From Tubiluchus corallicola (Eukaryota; Animalia; Priapulida), in assembly GCA_030141605.1 (NCBI GenBank), contig JAQGDQ010000397.1:124001-188000 (forward strand): 64,000 nucleotides of DNA, written 5' to 3'. The position numbers were made by a program, and so were the translations under genes. Below are positions 51,666 to 64,000 of the stretch, in pieces (the first letter of the stretch is position 1; each line of letters opens with the position of its first letter). The notes beneath the pieces were generated by a model that saw nothing but the letters and a program-made list of their open reading frames with translations, searched no databases and was not told the DNA's origin.

Positions 51666-53579
51666 ATTGTCTGTCTTTTAACCCATTCTTTCCAGTATTT
51701 AAACAGGGCACAACTAGTTTACTTAAGAATTCTGAAATATGTGAAAACATTTTTTCTGAGTTTAACACAAAGAAGTAAAACTATTCGACTCTGTTTAAAA
51801 ACAAATATAGATGTATAGAATTTAAAGGGTCTTTGAGAGATGTACTGAATTTGTTGGGTGCAATTAGTTGAAATATATCGATATTTTCCACTTCTTGATA
51901 ACGAATCACGTTTACAAATCGTATTTGAGAAATTCAATTCATCCAAAGTTTAACCTTCATAAGAAATCCTTAGCTTGGCTCATTTACTCAAATTTTCACT
52001 GTGATTCCTGGGCTTTATCGATCTTGTGATAACATGATCAAAAACAAGTCACTGCATCAGTGAATCCAGTTTGCTAAATGCAAAATGCGATGTCGTAATT
52101 TTTATAAAGCTACTACATCACCAACCAGAAATATTGGGCGAACAGTTAAGACTCTGCTGTGGTGGAGATGGCATCGAATAATATAACCATATCTTAAGTA
52201 CATAATAACATAATAATTTTAAGCATTCAATCACACGGGTTCGATATAAAAGAGTAAATCTCTAAAGTGATTTGTTGCTGAAGACAGGAATTATCACCCT
52301 AATATCAATCTCCTGCCACCAACCCTGTTTTCACTCGGTAAACTCAATGACATCGGATTATTTTTCAGGACGAATAGTCCTGCTTTTACATTATTTTCAT
52401 TGATTTGAAATAGTCTTGTTGTTATTAACAGATGTTTCAAAAAAATCTCCTATACCATCTCGTATAGAATTAAAGCAAAATACAAGACTAGTGATGCAGT
52501 TTTACCGCCCCCCCCCCCAAATATATTTGCCAGTGTAACAAGAAGACACAGATTTATTTAAGTAAAAGGTTTTGTTTGCTTTAATCCTTGAAATTTACTA
52601 AAACAGTTTTCATTATGCAGCTCTTTCTACTACTTCTCGACATTCATTATTCGATAGTGTAGATTCAATAGATATTTTACCCAAGTATGCCTGTCTGTGT
52701 AGAGCGTGGCAGAGACGTGTTGTATTAGCACACATCGCTGGAGCACTGAGTGTAGCGATGCGTATGGAAGCAACGATGCACATGAGTGGTCTTCTTCAAA
52801 CAATTCACTTTAGAAAATTACTCTTTCATATCGAGCCATGTTTGCTCAAGTGTTAGAGCACTTTAAATTCCTCAACTCTTATCTAAACAGCTAATATTGT
52901 TAAACAGCCTCTCCTTTGTTATCATGGCAAAAGAGGCTGGTTTTTATCTGTTTGCAGAAATTCATTATATACGCAGGCTTTGAAATTCAAGTGTGTAAAT
53001 ACTCTGCTATGTTTTCTTAAATCTTTCCCAGGTATGGAATGCAGGAGGCTTTGAAGTTTAAGTGTATAATTGTTCTGCTTTATTTTCTTAACTCTTTCGA
53101 TCGAGTCTTTCTTTAGGCTCTTAGACTGATTTATTGACACAAGATAATTTTAAGTAAATTTCAGAAATTTTTCACATCCCGACACAAACAAAACAAGTTC
53201 TAAGACAAATATTTATTGGCCTCGAATTTGAAAGCTCTTTTCTTTTCACAGGGGTAGCAGTTCTTGCATGATTGATTTGCCCATGAACTTAATAATATGG
53301 AAAAATATTTTTATTCACTGCAAGTTTACAGGAAACTATTAATCATTTTAAATGAATGGCAGATAGAACTTGAAATGATGCTGAAATAATTTACAAAAAT
53401 TTCTCCCCCGAGCATTTTCAGCAATATCTGGTTAAAACAGTTTCATATGTAACGGTATAAGCAGATTTGGCAAAATGTTAATTTTTTTACTGGAAAAACA
53501 AAAATGTACCAAAATCTTTCTCAGTTCATTCAATTTTTCTTACTTAACTCTTCCCTGGCATCATTCCCAGGTGTTCAGC

Positions 53580-53720
53580 TGAGGTTAATTTACACAAGAT
53601 GTTAAAATGTGGGAAAATATTATTCTTTACTTCAGAGCCACTTTAACCCTGCTCAAAATCAATAAGAGAACCCGAATAAAACAGAATGTAAAGAGTCTTT
53701 TGTTCACGTTCCTGATCATT
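53580..53720 (+). repeat. High-identity direct repeat of 2450-2590
   Basis: 'taatttacacaagatgttaaaatgtgggaaaatattattc..cagagccactttaaccctgctcaaaatcaataa..gaataaaacagaatgtaaaga' occurs at both sites. Confidence 0.9.
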
Positions 53721-53787
53721 TAAAGCTTTCTCCATTTTATCCAAACAGCAATTATTATTAAGCTGTCTCGCCCTTTATTATCATAAG

Positions 53788-53950
53788 AAAAGCTTCTAGC
53801 CCAATGTTTGCTATACAAACACTTTGAAAAGCTTTTAGCCCAATGTTTGCTATACAAACACTTTGAAAAGCTTCTAGCCCAATGTTTGCTATACAAACAC
53901 TTTGACAAGCTTTTAGCCCAATGTTTGCTATACAAACAGTTTGACAAGCT
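53788..53950 (+). repeat. 39-bp tandem repeat, about 4 units
   Basis: Unit aaaagct(t/c)tagcccaatgtttgctatacaaacactttg. Only one unit is present in the inverted copy near 50500-50550. Confidence 0.95.
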
Positions 53951-54189
53951 CTCAAATCTCAAAAGACACTATAAGCCTTTCAATCTTAACAAAACATCTT
54001 CTTGTGTGTCTCACAGGGTGCTATATTATTCCAAGCATAAACTTCCAACAAAAATAATAGAACACACCTGTGCGTTGATAACAAAGCTCTATTCCCAGTG
54101 CTCTCAGACGGAACTGCATTTGATCTGCAGGTGGCGTGAAGAATATCTAGCGATAAAGGTTATGCACTATACGACTGTTTCGCCCTAGT

Positions 54190-54410
54190 TGCGCCCTGTT
54201 TAAATACTGAAAAGAATGGGTTAAAAGACAGACAATGTTATCAATAGACGGGAGAATATTTTTTGTTTAGTTAATCTGGAACTCCAAGTGAAAGAGTTAA
54301 GAAGAGATGTAAAGCAAATACAGACACGAAAGTCAATAGAATGCAGAAGGTTTTTTGTTTGGTTAAGCTGCCTACCTGGAACTCCCAGGGGAAGAGTTAA
54401 CAAAAGATGG
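54190..54410 (-). repeat. Inverted copy of the 100-bp repeat family and its flank
   Basis: Reverse complement of about 51485-51710. Confidence 0.88.
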
Positions 54411-57400
54411 ATGATTTGGTGTAGGATTTTTGTTTTCTACGCGAACTCTTAAAAATAATAGCAACTCTACTACTTTTACATTGTTTTTGTTTATTTGAAA
54501 TTACATTGTAGTTAGAGATGTTGTCAATTAAATGTCTGTTAGTATAGGACACTTAGACGGGAATTGGAAATAATTTAGATCATAGAGAGAATATTTTGTG
54601 TTGCAGACAGTGCTCCACAAAATTGTGTAGCGAAAATGTAACCAAAAAAAGAAAAATTTCTTGTTTCGATATGAGAACAAATTCTCCTGCTTCTCGTACA
54701 GAGAAATATAGATATGTGCGAATTAAAGGAAAATACAAGACTAGTGATGCAGTGTTTACTGCCTCCCGAACCCCAGTTATATTTGCCAGTTTATCAAGAA
54801 AATGAGTTTTTTTAAAACCAGGTATTGTTGGCATTACTTTTCATTCCAGGAATTACTAAAGCAGTTGTTAGAAATTTTCTGCTACTTTTTGACATTCATT
54901 ATTGGGCAGTGTACGTACTCTGGATGGTGAAAATATTTTACATAAACATGCAAGTCTGTGTACAGCGTAGGAGACAAGAGGTGCACTCACATTAATGCTG
55001 GAGCGTAGCAGAGACAGGGTGCACTCTCACACATGTGAGGGCAGTGAGTGTAGTGATGCGTGCATGAAAGCAACGATACACATGAGAGCTCATGGGTAAA
55101 AGTGATTGACAGCCCTGGTGTGTAGCATGCATGTTTAGCAATGGTGGATGCTCCAAGTACAGAATGTCATTGGGTAGCATCGTTCAGCCATCTAGTGTAC
55201 AAAATCGCAACTAATGCAACTGCTACAATATGTTGCAATAGAAAATCAACAAGTTAGCTAAGTGAATCAGAACTTCTACGCAACATATTATCACTTTTTG
55301 TGCACATGGCAAAATCTGGCAAAAATGTTAACACTACAATAAAAGCTTACTGTGGATGCATCCAACCACTATTAACAAAAACGGCAATACGGCTTTGATT
55401 TGGTGCGATAAACATGAATTAAATTTAGTTTAGCCTACTAAATAGTCACATGTAGTTTGATGTTGTTTTTGTTTTACAATAACATTCAAAATATTTGTTC
55501 ATTAAACAGATATATGATTAATAATGCATGAATGTTCCACAGATTGTTTATCAACCTTTTTGGTGTTCAATTTGGCGAGACTGAGAAATATACAAGCAAA
55601 AATGATAATCAGCGCTACACAATTTTACAAGCAAGAATTTCGTGAAATGGAATCTCGAACTAACTCGTAGTTGTCTGTCAAGGTGGAGATAACAAAAAAG
55701 TGGTACAGCAAAAAACTGTGTTGAAGCACAATTTCCAAAGCAGAGTTAAAAACAACTAAAATCATCCCCCCCCCCACTATAGCCCTAACCATAAACACAT
55801 AGTATGCCATTTTTCCCTGTACTCTATTTGTGAAACATGCTATATAAAAAATGTTTAACAAGAAACAATATCAACAACAAAAGCAACAAGATTTACAGCT
55901 TTTAGAAAAATTATGGTGAACTAGCTTATTTTATCAGTGGTTAAAACAGGTTAGATTGCAAAACAGATTATTTGTAAAGTTCTATGTAATGGTTATAATT
56001 GAGATAAACTTAAAAGTTATGTATCCTTGAATGTAAAAACTGCATTTTTTTCTTTTTGACCTCTTCATATGACATACTTAATAAAAATGTCAAAATAATC
56101 TCGTTTAGTCTACGAAATTGTCTAACTTTGCGCTATACTATTTCTCAAATCTTTCCCTGGCATCTTTTATAAGATGTTCAGGTTTGCTTAAATTAATCAA
56201 GAATTTTAAAATATTATATTGGGTGTAGAATATTTACAGATCAGATTAATTTCACAAGAAGTTTAATCTTCCAGAGAGTGTTTATACAGCGCATTTGTTC
56301 AAATTTCTGATGAGACTCCTAGGTAACATTTACTCTATGAACAACAACTGATTGTTTCCATTAAGATTTAGACAACAAAATGCTGCATTAAGCAAACTGT
56401 TTAAAATGCAACAAAACTATTAAAATTAACATAATTATGGAAATAAAATGTAAAGAAACTTGATGAGTAAAGTCTTGTCTTGAGATTCTCCTGTGCTGGA
56501 GATGCCGAGCTATGTAACATGCTTACAGTATTGTTTAGTTTTCGGTCCCTCCACAACCTGCTGATGGGTGATTCGACGGCTGATGACACTAAATGATTGG
56601 CGTCTTGGCAATTTCATGTCAACCGTGCCACATTGTGTCTTTCTAGAGAATTTCTTTTTTTTTTGAAGCCACTTTAGTTTTTAAACAGTTTTTATAATTC
56701 GTCTTTTATGATGCACCTTTTTATCATTGAAAAGTTTGCAAACAAAGTCATAATTTTTCAAACAAATTTGGTTTGTTTTGTTTCTTAAGAACTTTTCCAG
56801 TTTGTTTAAGTATTTGAACCGCGAGCTGCAGACAAAGCACACGCCCTAGATACTAAGAGTTACCTGAAATAAGTGATTCTAGTTTCTAATAATTTAAGTC
56901 TGAGATATAATTCTGATTGCTTTGCAGCTGCCTAACAAAGAGATGCATGAAATTTCACAATAAGCTGCTGTGATTATAGTTGTCAGCAAACATCTTAAAG
57001 CTGACATTGAATATTAAAGTAAACAGAGCTGTCAGACAACTGCCTTTTGCCGGATTAAATAAAGAGCTGATTACTCAAGATTCCATGAGAAAAGATTTAG
57101 CTGTTTGCTAGAAATCTCATAGTTTTGTTTTGACTACAGTTTAAAAGGATATGTAGAGTATTACTATAAAACTTGAGTTTTTAAATAAACAAGAACAATT
57201 TTGGTGGTGGTGGAGGTAGAGCGACATCATCTTAATTATCATCATCATTATCACTATCAGCACCAGCAGAAGCAACAGCAGCAAGAACAACAACAGCGAG
57301 AGTACAGCAGAGCTGCAGGCGACAAGGTCAAGAGTCATGAAAACACTGCTGCTGTGAGAAAGTTGTAGACACAAAAGTTCCCACAATAATTAGAATGTTT

Positions 57401-57945
57401 CAAAATTTTCTAAATGGTGTTGCATTAATTGGAACTTCAGTGTTTAGTTTGGTGAGTATTTAAAATCTGGTCATTACCCAGTAGTTCTGCTAAGTTTTTT
57501 TTGAAATTTGCTGAACCACTTCAAAAAATTACATTATCATTGTCAGTCATTATTAAATTCTAGACAGAATTGCGAGGGATTAAAATCTTCCTTTCTTGTA
57601 AGGCATAATCTGTGTGTCACACAGTACTTCAAATGATGCCAATGACTAAATTGAGGACAGAATTATTAAGGAAGCAAAGACCTCAAAATATTTTGTGCAT
57701 AAATCCACTTATAATCAACAATAAGTGAACGTCTACCTTTTGTTCCTTTATTTACCTAACGCCAAGCCAGCAGCAGGGGTGGGCCCGTCGGCACTCGTCG
57801 GTGGGCCCGTTTCGAAGAATAAACTCCCAGGTGCGGTTCGCGGAGACCTTTCATTTGACGTATAGATCGTCAATAATACTGCTGTCATCAGAGCTGTAGC
57901 CTCCACGGTTATATATCCATATAATATATATATATATATATATAT

Positions 57946-58352
57946 TGTACTACCGGGCTGTGATGAGATGAAATGTAATGCTGGCAAGGGAATACAGTAG
58001 ACTTCTCAGGTGTACATGTGAACGTGGCTTTATCGACCACAGACTCGTTTTCTGCCCTTGTGTTAAGCCACTAGTCACGTGCACACCTGGTCTTATAAAA
58101 AGGGAAGGTCTGCTGCAGACCCTTGTCAGTGGTCGTGTTTTTCATTGCAGCTCTATTCACATTTCACAGGCTTTGCGGCAAACTCCTTTCTTCTAGGTAA
58201 GCTGTTTGTTCCTTATTGGGGGTGTGATATGTGGTAATAAATTTTAATTTCGACTCTATTATTCGGGTTCTGTTTTGGTTAAGGCATTGAACAACTTAAT
58301 TGAGACATGCCGCACGCCGCGGTGCCATCTGTAAAAAGCAGACAGCAGTCCA

Positions 58353-58357
<5 letters not shown>
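57946..58357 (+). mobile_element. Probable solo LTR (412 bp) inserted in a (TA)n microsatellite
   Basis: TGTAC...ATACA termini with (TA)n on both sides; internal TATAAAA near 58095 and AATAAA near 58235. Confidence 0.55.
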
Positions 58358-58383
<26 letters not shown>

Positions 58384-58674
58384 CCACCGAAAAACTCACA
58401 ACAACTCACACCACATCACACCATCTTACCACGCCAATCTCAATACACCATACCACACACACCATACTACCCTTGGAATAGCAAACCAATCCTCACCACA
58501 GCAACCAAATGCTCCACTCACAGCACACCACACATCCACCCACAACACTACACCAACACCATCCCACCGGACTTTCCACACCACACCACTAGGTAGGAAA
58601 CTTGGTACGATTCGTGGTTAGAAACGTGGAAACACAGTATGCGGGCGAATGCGTGGTAGGAACATTGCTGATGG

Positions 58675-59425
58675 TATATTTATTATTTATTTATTGACCA
58701 TGGTCAAAGATATATACAAAAAGTCATAAGAATCGTTTCGAGATAGTTGCAACATTTAAGAAATTTAGGCTGATCATAGTCCATAGATCACTCAATGTAT
58801 GGTGTAGTAACAATTAGAGACCAAAAATGGCTAGAGCATCGTGTACAAAATTACAAATATCAGCGGGATTTCCGCTGAAAAAAGTCACTAAATCATCAAA
58901 TATTAAATCGGAATTGTTTCTTAAGATACGTGTTTCAGGGCATTCACATATTACGTGCAGTTCTGTTTGGATTTGTCCACATGAACAGAGTCTTCGCTCT
59001 CTTTCAATACGGGACCAACGACCGGTTTCTATGGCAAGGTTGTGTGAGGAAAGTCTGAGCCTTGACGTTTTTATCCGTTTCAGTTCATTAACATTGTCAC
59101 AGTAAATTCGATGGATAGAGAGTTCAGGGTTTAGTTGTAAGTACGTGACAAATTTCGTACGGTCAGAAGCGCGGATCCTATCTTTGATTCTATTCAGGTC
59201 ATCATCGATAAAATCACCACGGTATCCAGTTATATTACGCAAATATCGAGCACATGGGGTGTTTGACTCGCGACACAAATTGTAAACAATCATAAACGGA
59301 TCATCAGGAATATTCACTCTTGAGCGAACAATCTTATTGAAAAAGCGAGATTGGGTGTCCTTCACAAAACCATTCAGGGAGGGAAGGCCCAACTCTATGA
59401 GACACAAATCATTAGCAGTTGTACG
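58675..59425 (-). mobile_element. 5'-truncated LINE 3' end (ORF2 C-terminus, 3'UTR and AATAA-type tail)
   Basis: The uninterrupted 197-aa frame contains ELG..L..RLRLSSHNLAIETGRW..IERERRLC.C..IQTELHVICEC (CCHC). The tail caataaataaataataaat lies on the minus strand at about 58678-58698. Confidence 0.85.
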
Positions 59426-59439
59426 TCTATATGTATTTT

Positions 59440-59660
59440 GTGTGTTCCAGCTGATGAAAGAACTAATCGTTTTGGTGTCAAAACCTGTACCGTCTGGAAT
59501 TTACAGCACGAAGGCCGCACGTTTGAGGTTGTTGGGACACACGTTGTGTATTTTTTGTGTGTGTCTCCACTGGAGAAAGAACTAATCGTTTAGGTGTCAA
59601 AACCCGTACCGCATGGAATTTACAGCACGAAGGCCGCACGTTTGAGGTTGTGGAGCATAC
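59440..59660. repeat. 119-bp tandem duplication (2 units)
   Basis: 'aactaatcgttt.ggtgtcaaaacc.gtaccg..tggaatttacagcacgaaggccgcacgtttgaggttgt' occurs at 59461 and 59580. Confidence 0.92.
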
Positions 59661-62600
59661 ATGAAGAGTATACCTGTATACTATGTAGACTTGTAAATAA
59701 TTTATATATAATATTTATATATTAGCTAGCTAGTTCAGTTGTAAAGTTTGTATTATATTTTTATATTTTGTATTATTTTTTGCTGTGCACAGTTTTTTGG
59801 GTTTTTTTAATATTTTTTTCTGCCCCTACCAAACAAACTGCCAAACACTACTAACTATAACTCATTTTCATTCCCTTCCCATCCATGCAGTTTTTTTCTG
59901 CCATGCTGTGAACTGTATAACTTGTATATCTGTATTTTTCGGCACTTTATTCTTTAAATTATATGGTTAGTGCAGTTTTTATTTTGCTTAAACATGTATA
60001 TCTGTATTTTTTCTGCACTGTATTCTTGTTTTCAACATGTAATTTATAAATTGTGGTTTGCACTTTATATTCTTCAATTCGAACCAGTGCAGTTTTTTTG
60101 CTTGAATATATAGTATAAATTTTTTTGCAGAAATTTTGATATCATGTCTTGTCTATCTTGTCCTTTCTAAAATAAAATAAAATCAGTAGCATATTCTTTC
60201 AACTAATAAAATATAAATATAGTTTAAAATCTTAAAAATAAAACCCTATAACCTTACAATCTTGTTTTCTTGTCTATTTTGGTATGTTGGGACATGATTT
60301 TGCTGAATAAATAAATTATACACAGTATATAAAGTGCCAAATAACACCAGAAACTTGTGAAAAGTAGTTTATACACGTTCAATTATGCATTCAAAAAAAT
60401 TACAGACAATAACTGAATTAAAACATTACGTTGAATGAGTTTTGCAAGGCACAAACTGTGAAAAATGAATTACATGATGAATTACTGTGAGAATTACCAC
60501 ATAAACACGTATTCAATGCATGTACTAAACGTACGAAAAGTTATACTATTGCTTATGCTTAATAAATTACCTTCGTCTGCTGACACGCACGTGCTGTTAC
60601 GGGGGCCCCAGGTTCGTGCACCGCTGTGGCAAAACTTTTTCACCTCGCACAAAAGTAGCGCGATTTGTTATCAGCGCGCGTACGGGATGAAGGAAGGCCC
60701 GAGCATTAAGTTCCACTGGTTTCGGCTCGAATCCGCGCAAAAAAGTTAACTCGGCGAGACGCGAACCCGCAACCCTTTGCGTGCAACAGAGAAGATTGGG
60801 CGGATGCCTTTGTACTACTAACATACAGGTATGCATGTAGCAAGCGTTTGCTGATATTGTTGAGAGAGAGAAGCTAGGGGAATACGTCAGCACAGTTATA
60901 AAAAAACATAGCCATTCCGACCCAGCCGAAGCTCCAGTAGTCGGGCAGTTAATTAATTAACATTAATTGCCTAATTAGCGATCGTACTAACATTTCATAA
61001 GCTGGAGTTACATGATGCATACATGCATTATTATTTTATAAAAATGAATTTCTCACATTTTGCGTAAACAAGGTTGCTTGTAAGATTAACGAATGGTGAC
61101 TATATAGATTTTATATGGGTCTACAATAAAATTAATTTTGAATGTGTCTGCTGCTATAGTTTAGGCTTCTTTTCTGCGCGAGGCTATATGTGTGTATTTT
61201 TCCAGAAACCTTACAAAAAGAGCCAGTCTGACTACGTCAGCCAGTACGGACCCGTGAATTCAGCAATAACTGATATGGTCGCACATGAAATGTGCAGCTA
61301 ACCAGGTGCTGAGGGTTTTCAGACAGCCTACTGGATGAAGGCAAGCTACAGAAATTAGGGTGTAGAAGATTGAATACCCATGCTGCTTCATGAAGTGGCC
61401 CTATAATTGGAAGTTTAAATTCCAGAGGCTAGAGCAAAGATTTTTTAAGATTTCAACATGTAGCTTTAGCAAAAAAGAGAAAAAGAAAACCTTAAATTTT
61501 CATGTCATATTATCAGCCGTTACAAATAAGTCACTGCTTATTAGCAAAAAGTTTTCGACATGTAAATCATATCAAATGAAATCATGTTAGCGTTACTTTT
61601 TTCTTGTTTCTGCCTGATAATGATTTACATAACAATGAGATTATGAACTCTGGAAACAAAACGATGCTGTGACACACTGGGGTGTGTCAAGGCAGGCTTT
61701 AATTGGTTCTTTGAAATTGTAACGCTTACCTCTAATGCAAATACCTCGCAACTGCATGCAGTTCAATTACACACGTGCATTGTTTCTACAAATACATTAG
61801 CACATAAAAAGTTTATGTTCAGCATTTGCATAAATAATATATTCTGGTTGGATAGTTCATTAGCTATTTAAAGATGTTCTCCATTTTTGTTTAGGTAGAC
61901 AAATAATTCAAGAACCCATTCTTAATAGATCTGTTTTTACCTGCAAATATTCGTTAAAACAAAATTAACGAATATTGTGTAAAAAGTGACATTTTTCAAT
62001 GGCCTGTAAGTTAATCAGGCACAACAATGACCTTTATTGCACTATTTGCAGTCGCACGAACAATGGGAAGTATTTTCTGGGATAGCAACTTCCCCCAATA
62101 CATTTAACAAAAAATCACTGTAGCCTAATAACACTCTGCTAAGAGAGACTTTCCTCCGAGATAAATTTTAAACTGTTGAACTGAAAGTAGCGCCTTCTTT
62201 TCAATGTAATTGATTCATGACCACCAAATTTTCAGATGGGCCCCCAAGATATGACAGAAGGAAAAAATATTAATTTAAAGGAATACAAAATCACTCTTTT
62301 TACTATTAGTTCTTGTTACTAACTTGTTACGTATGCAACAAGAAACCACTTACACATTCTTATAAAGATTAATATGTATAGAATATGAGTCCACAACATG
62401 ATTATAATCTTCTGGGCGTGACCTAGAAGAATGTTTACAAGGATTTGCAAAGGTTTTTTCATAAAAGACTCGCCTTCCTCTTGCAATCGTGCTTGATGTA
62501 TGAGCGAAAAGAAAAAAATTAACTTTGTATAATCCACTACTAATCTGTCCACAAGCTTTATTATTTAGCTCTATCAACATTGTTATCAGCATAATATATT

Positions 62601-63461
62601 TCAGTAACTTGCGAAGTGGTAAAGATGTTGAGCGTGAAGTCGTTATAATTGCGGTGTTTACAGTTACAAAAAAAATAATTTCACGCTTCCACTGTCACGT
62701 CTTACGTCTGTAAGAATTACGGCAATGAGCAGAAACACAAGATTTTAACAATAAAAAGACATCATCTACATAACACCTGTTTTAAATTCTTTAGGACAAT
62801 TGTTAAGCTATTTTTTTCTTAATAGCACAAAAACACTTGTGCAAAGGTAGGTCCTGGTGGCAAGCCCACTCCATTTCCTTGAATTTGTCCTCACAAAGTA
62901 TTATTAGACAGAAATTGTATTATTTTTAGAGAAACTTCCAATAAATCACATAGTCTGAGTTAAGAGTTCTAACAAGATCAGTATTATTAAAGAGAACAAA
63001 TACAAATGTTGACGGTTTCATCAGCTGGAATGCTGATAAAAAGGCTTTCTACATTAAAACTGAGTTTGCTGCAATTTTTAAAAAATGCAGTTTCTTTAAC
63101 AAACCTGAATGAATGTACTCAGGTAGTCATTATGTGTAAGGGGTTCGCAAATGGGCACTAAAGATTTTGAGATAGCATAAGTGACAGTACCAAGAGCAAA
63201 AATAATTGGCCCATTTAGGTTTGTGTTTTTCAGGAACCCCAAATAAGCCTTCTCTCAATGTACAGTAGTTCAGTTCCCTTAACTTTATTTTCAAACACTT
63301 AGCCGCTTGTTACTGTATCAATTTCTTTACTGGTCTGTTTATTTATAACCTATTTAGCTTTTGTTAACTACTTAATTAGTGCATGATAGGCTGTCCATAT
63401 ATAAACTCGTAGTGTGTTTGTAAATTTACCGCAGACGATGAAAGCATTCGACCAGGGATTA

Positions 63462-63945
63462 TTATTGAAATTGTTCCGATTCCTCATCTTCCGGTATACC
63501 TGGGCGAGGCGTCTGTTCTTCTTTTTCAGACTGTCCTTTGCCAAGGTCGTCTGATATCTTACTCCCCGGAAGACTCTCTTCGTTCTCCTTATCTACCTCC
63601 AAGAACAGAGCGTCGAAGGGATCCCATGCCAGACTTTCGGCATGCTCTGTAGCTTTTTCACTACCTTCTTTCCCTTGACTTAACGTTGCCCCTGGCAACG
63701 AAGTAAACATAGGAGCTGACCCTTCCTGGCCCCTCCAACTAAGATCTTCTCCTTCTTGGGAGATTGTGGGTTCAGATACACGGGCAGCTCTACGCAGAGG
63801 TCTGCCTGCTCTATTTATTTCTCGAGCTCCTGGTTTAGTGGACCAGGCAGCTGTGGGAGGTACTAGGCGTAAGTGGGTCACATGACACGTCCTTACTCGA
63901 CCCGTGTCCATGTTTTTAATCTTGTATCTTGTACTTAATCTAGCT
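63462..63945 (-). mobile_element. Probable Gypsy pol C-terminal remnant (after the integrase)
   Basis: RYKIKNMDTGRVRTCHVTHLR followed by a low-complexity tail (RPLRRAAR). Typical of Gypsy pol ends, but no catalytic motif is visible. Confidence 0.45.
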
Positions 63946-64000
63946 AAAACAACATCTTAGCTAGACAAAGCTTGATGCATCATCTGAAGATAGTTTTCGA

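Noticed and set aside
60750-60790. tRNA-like B-box (GGTTCGCGTC) on the minus strand
   Set aside because: No cloverleaf or clear A-box is present. At most it is a decayed SINE head.

Overview
AT-rich, intron-containing animal (probably invertebrate) genomic DNA; nothing indicates a prokaryotic origin, and I saw no rRNA, credible tRNA or CRISPR array. Between 2.8 and 41.2 kb the only recognisable host genes are five secretory-pathway glycan-modifying enzymes, each from a different family: a CHST1-7-type (Gal/GlcNAc/GalNAc 6-O) sulfotransferase (-), a GAL3ST-type 3-O-sulfotransferase (-), a CHST8-14/HNK-1ST-type sulfotransferase (+, two exons), a GT10 alpha-1,3-fucosyltransferase (+, single coding exon) and a POMK-like sugar kinase (+, four exons reconstructed by hand with matching splice phases). 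This looks like a candidate animal gene cluster for a sulfated, fucosylated and possibly phosphorylated glycan, although that reading is inference. The rest is decayed mobile DNA (LINE, BEL/Pao, Gypsy and piggyBac remnants, solo LTRs, TIR elements), microsatellites, and an old repeat family carrying 100-bp and 39-bp tandem arrays. All family calls come from motif recognition by eye; no database search was run.
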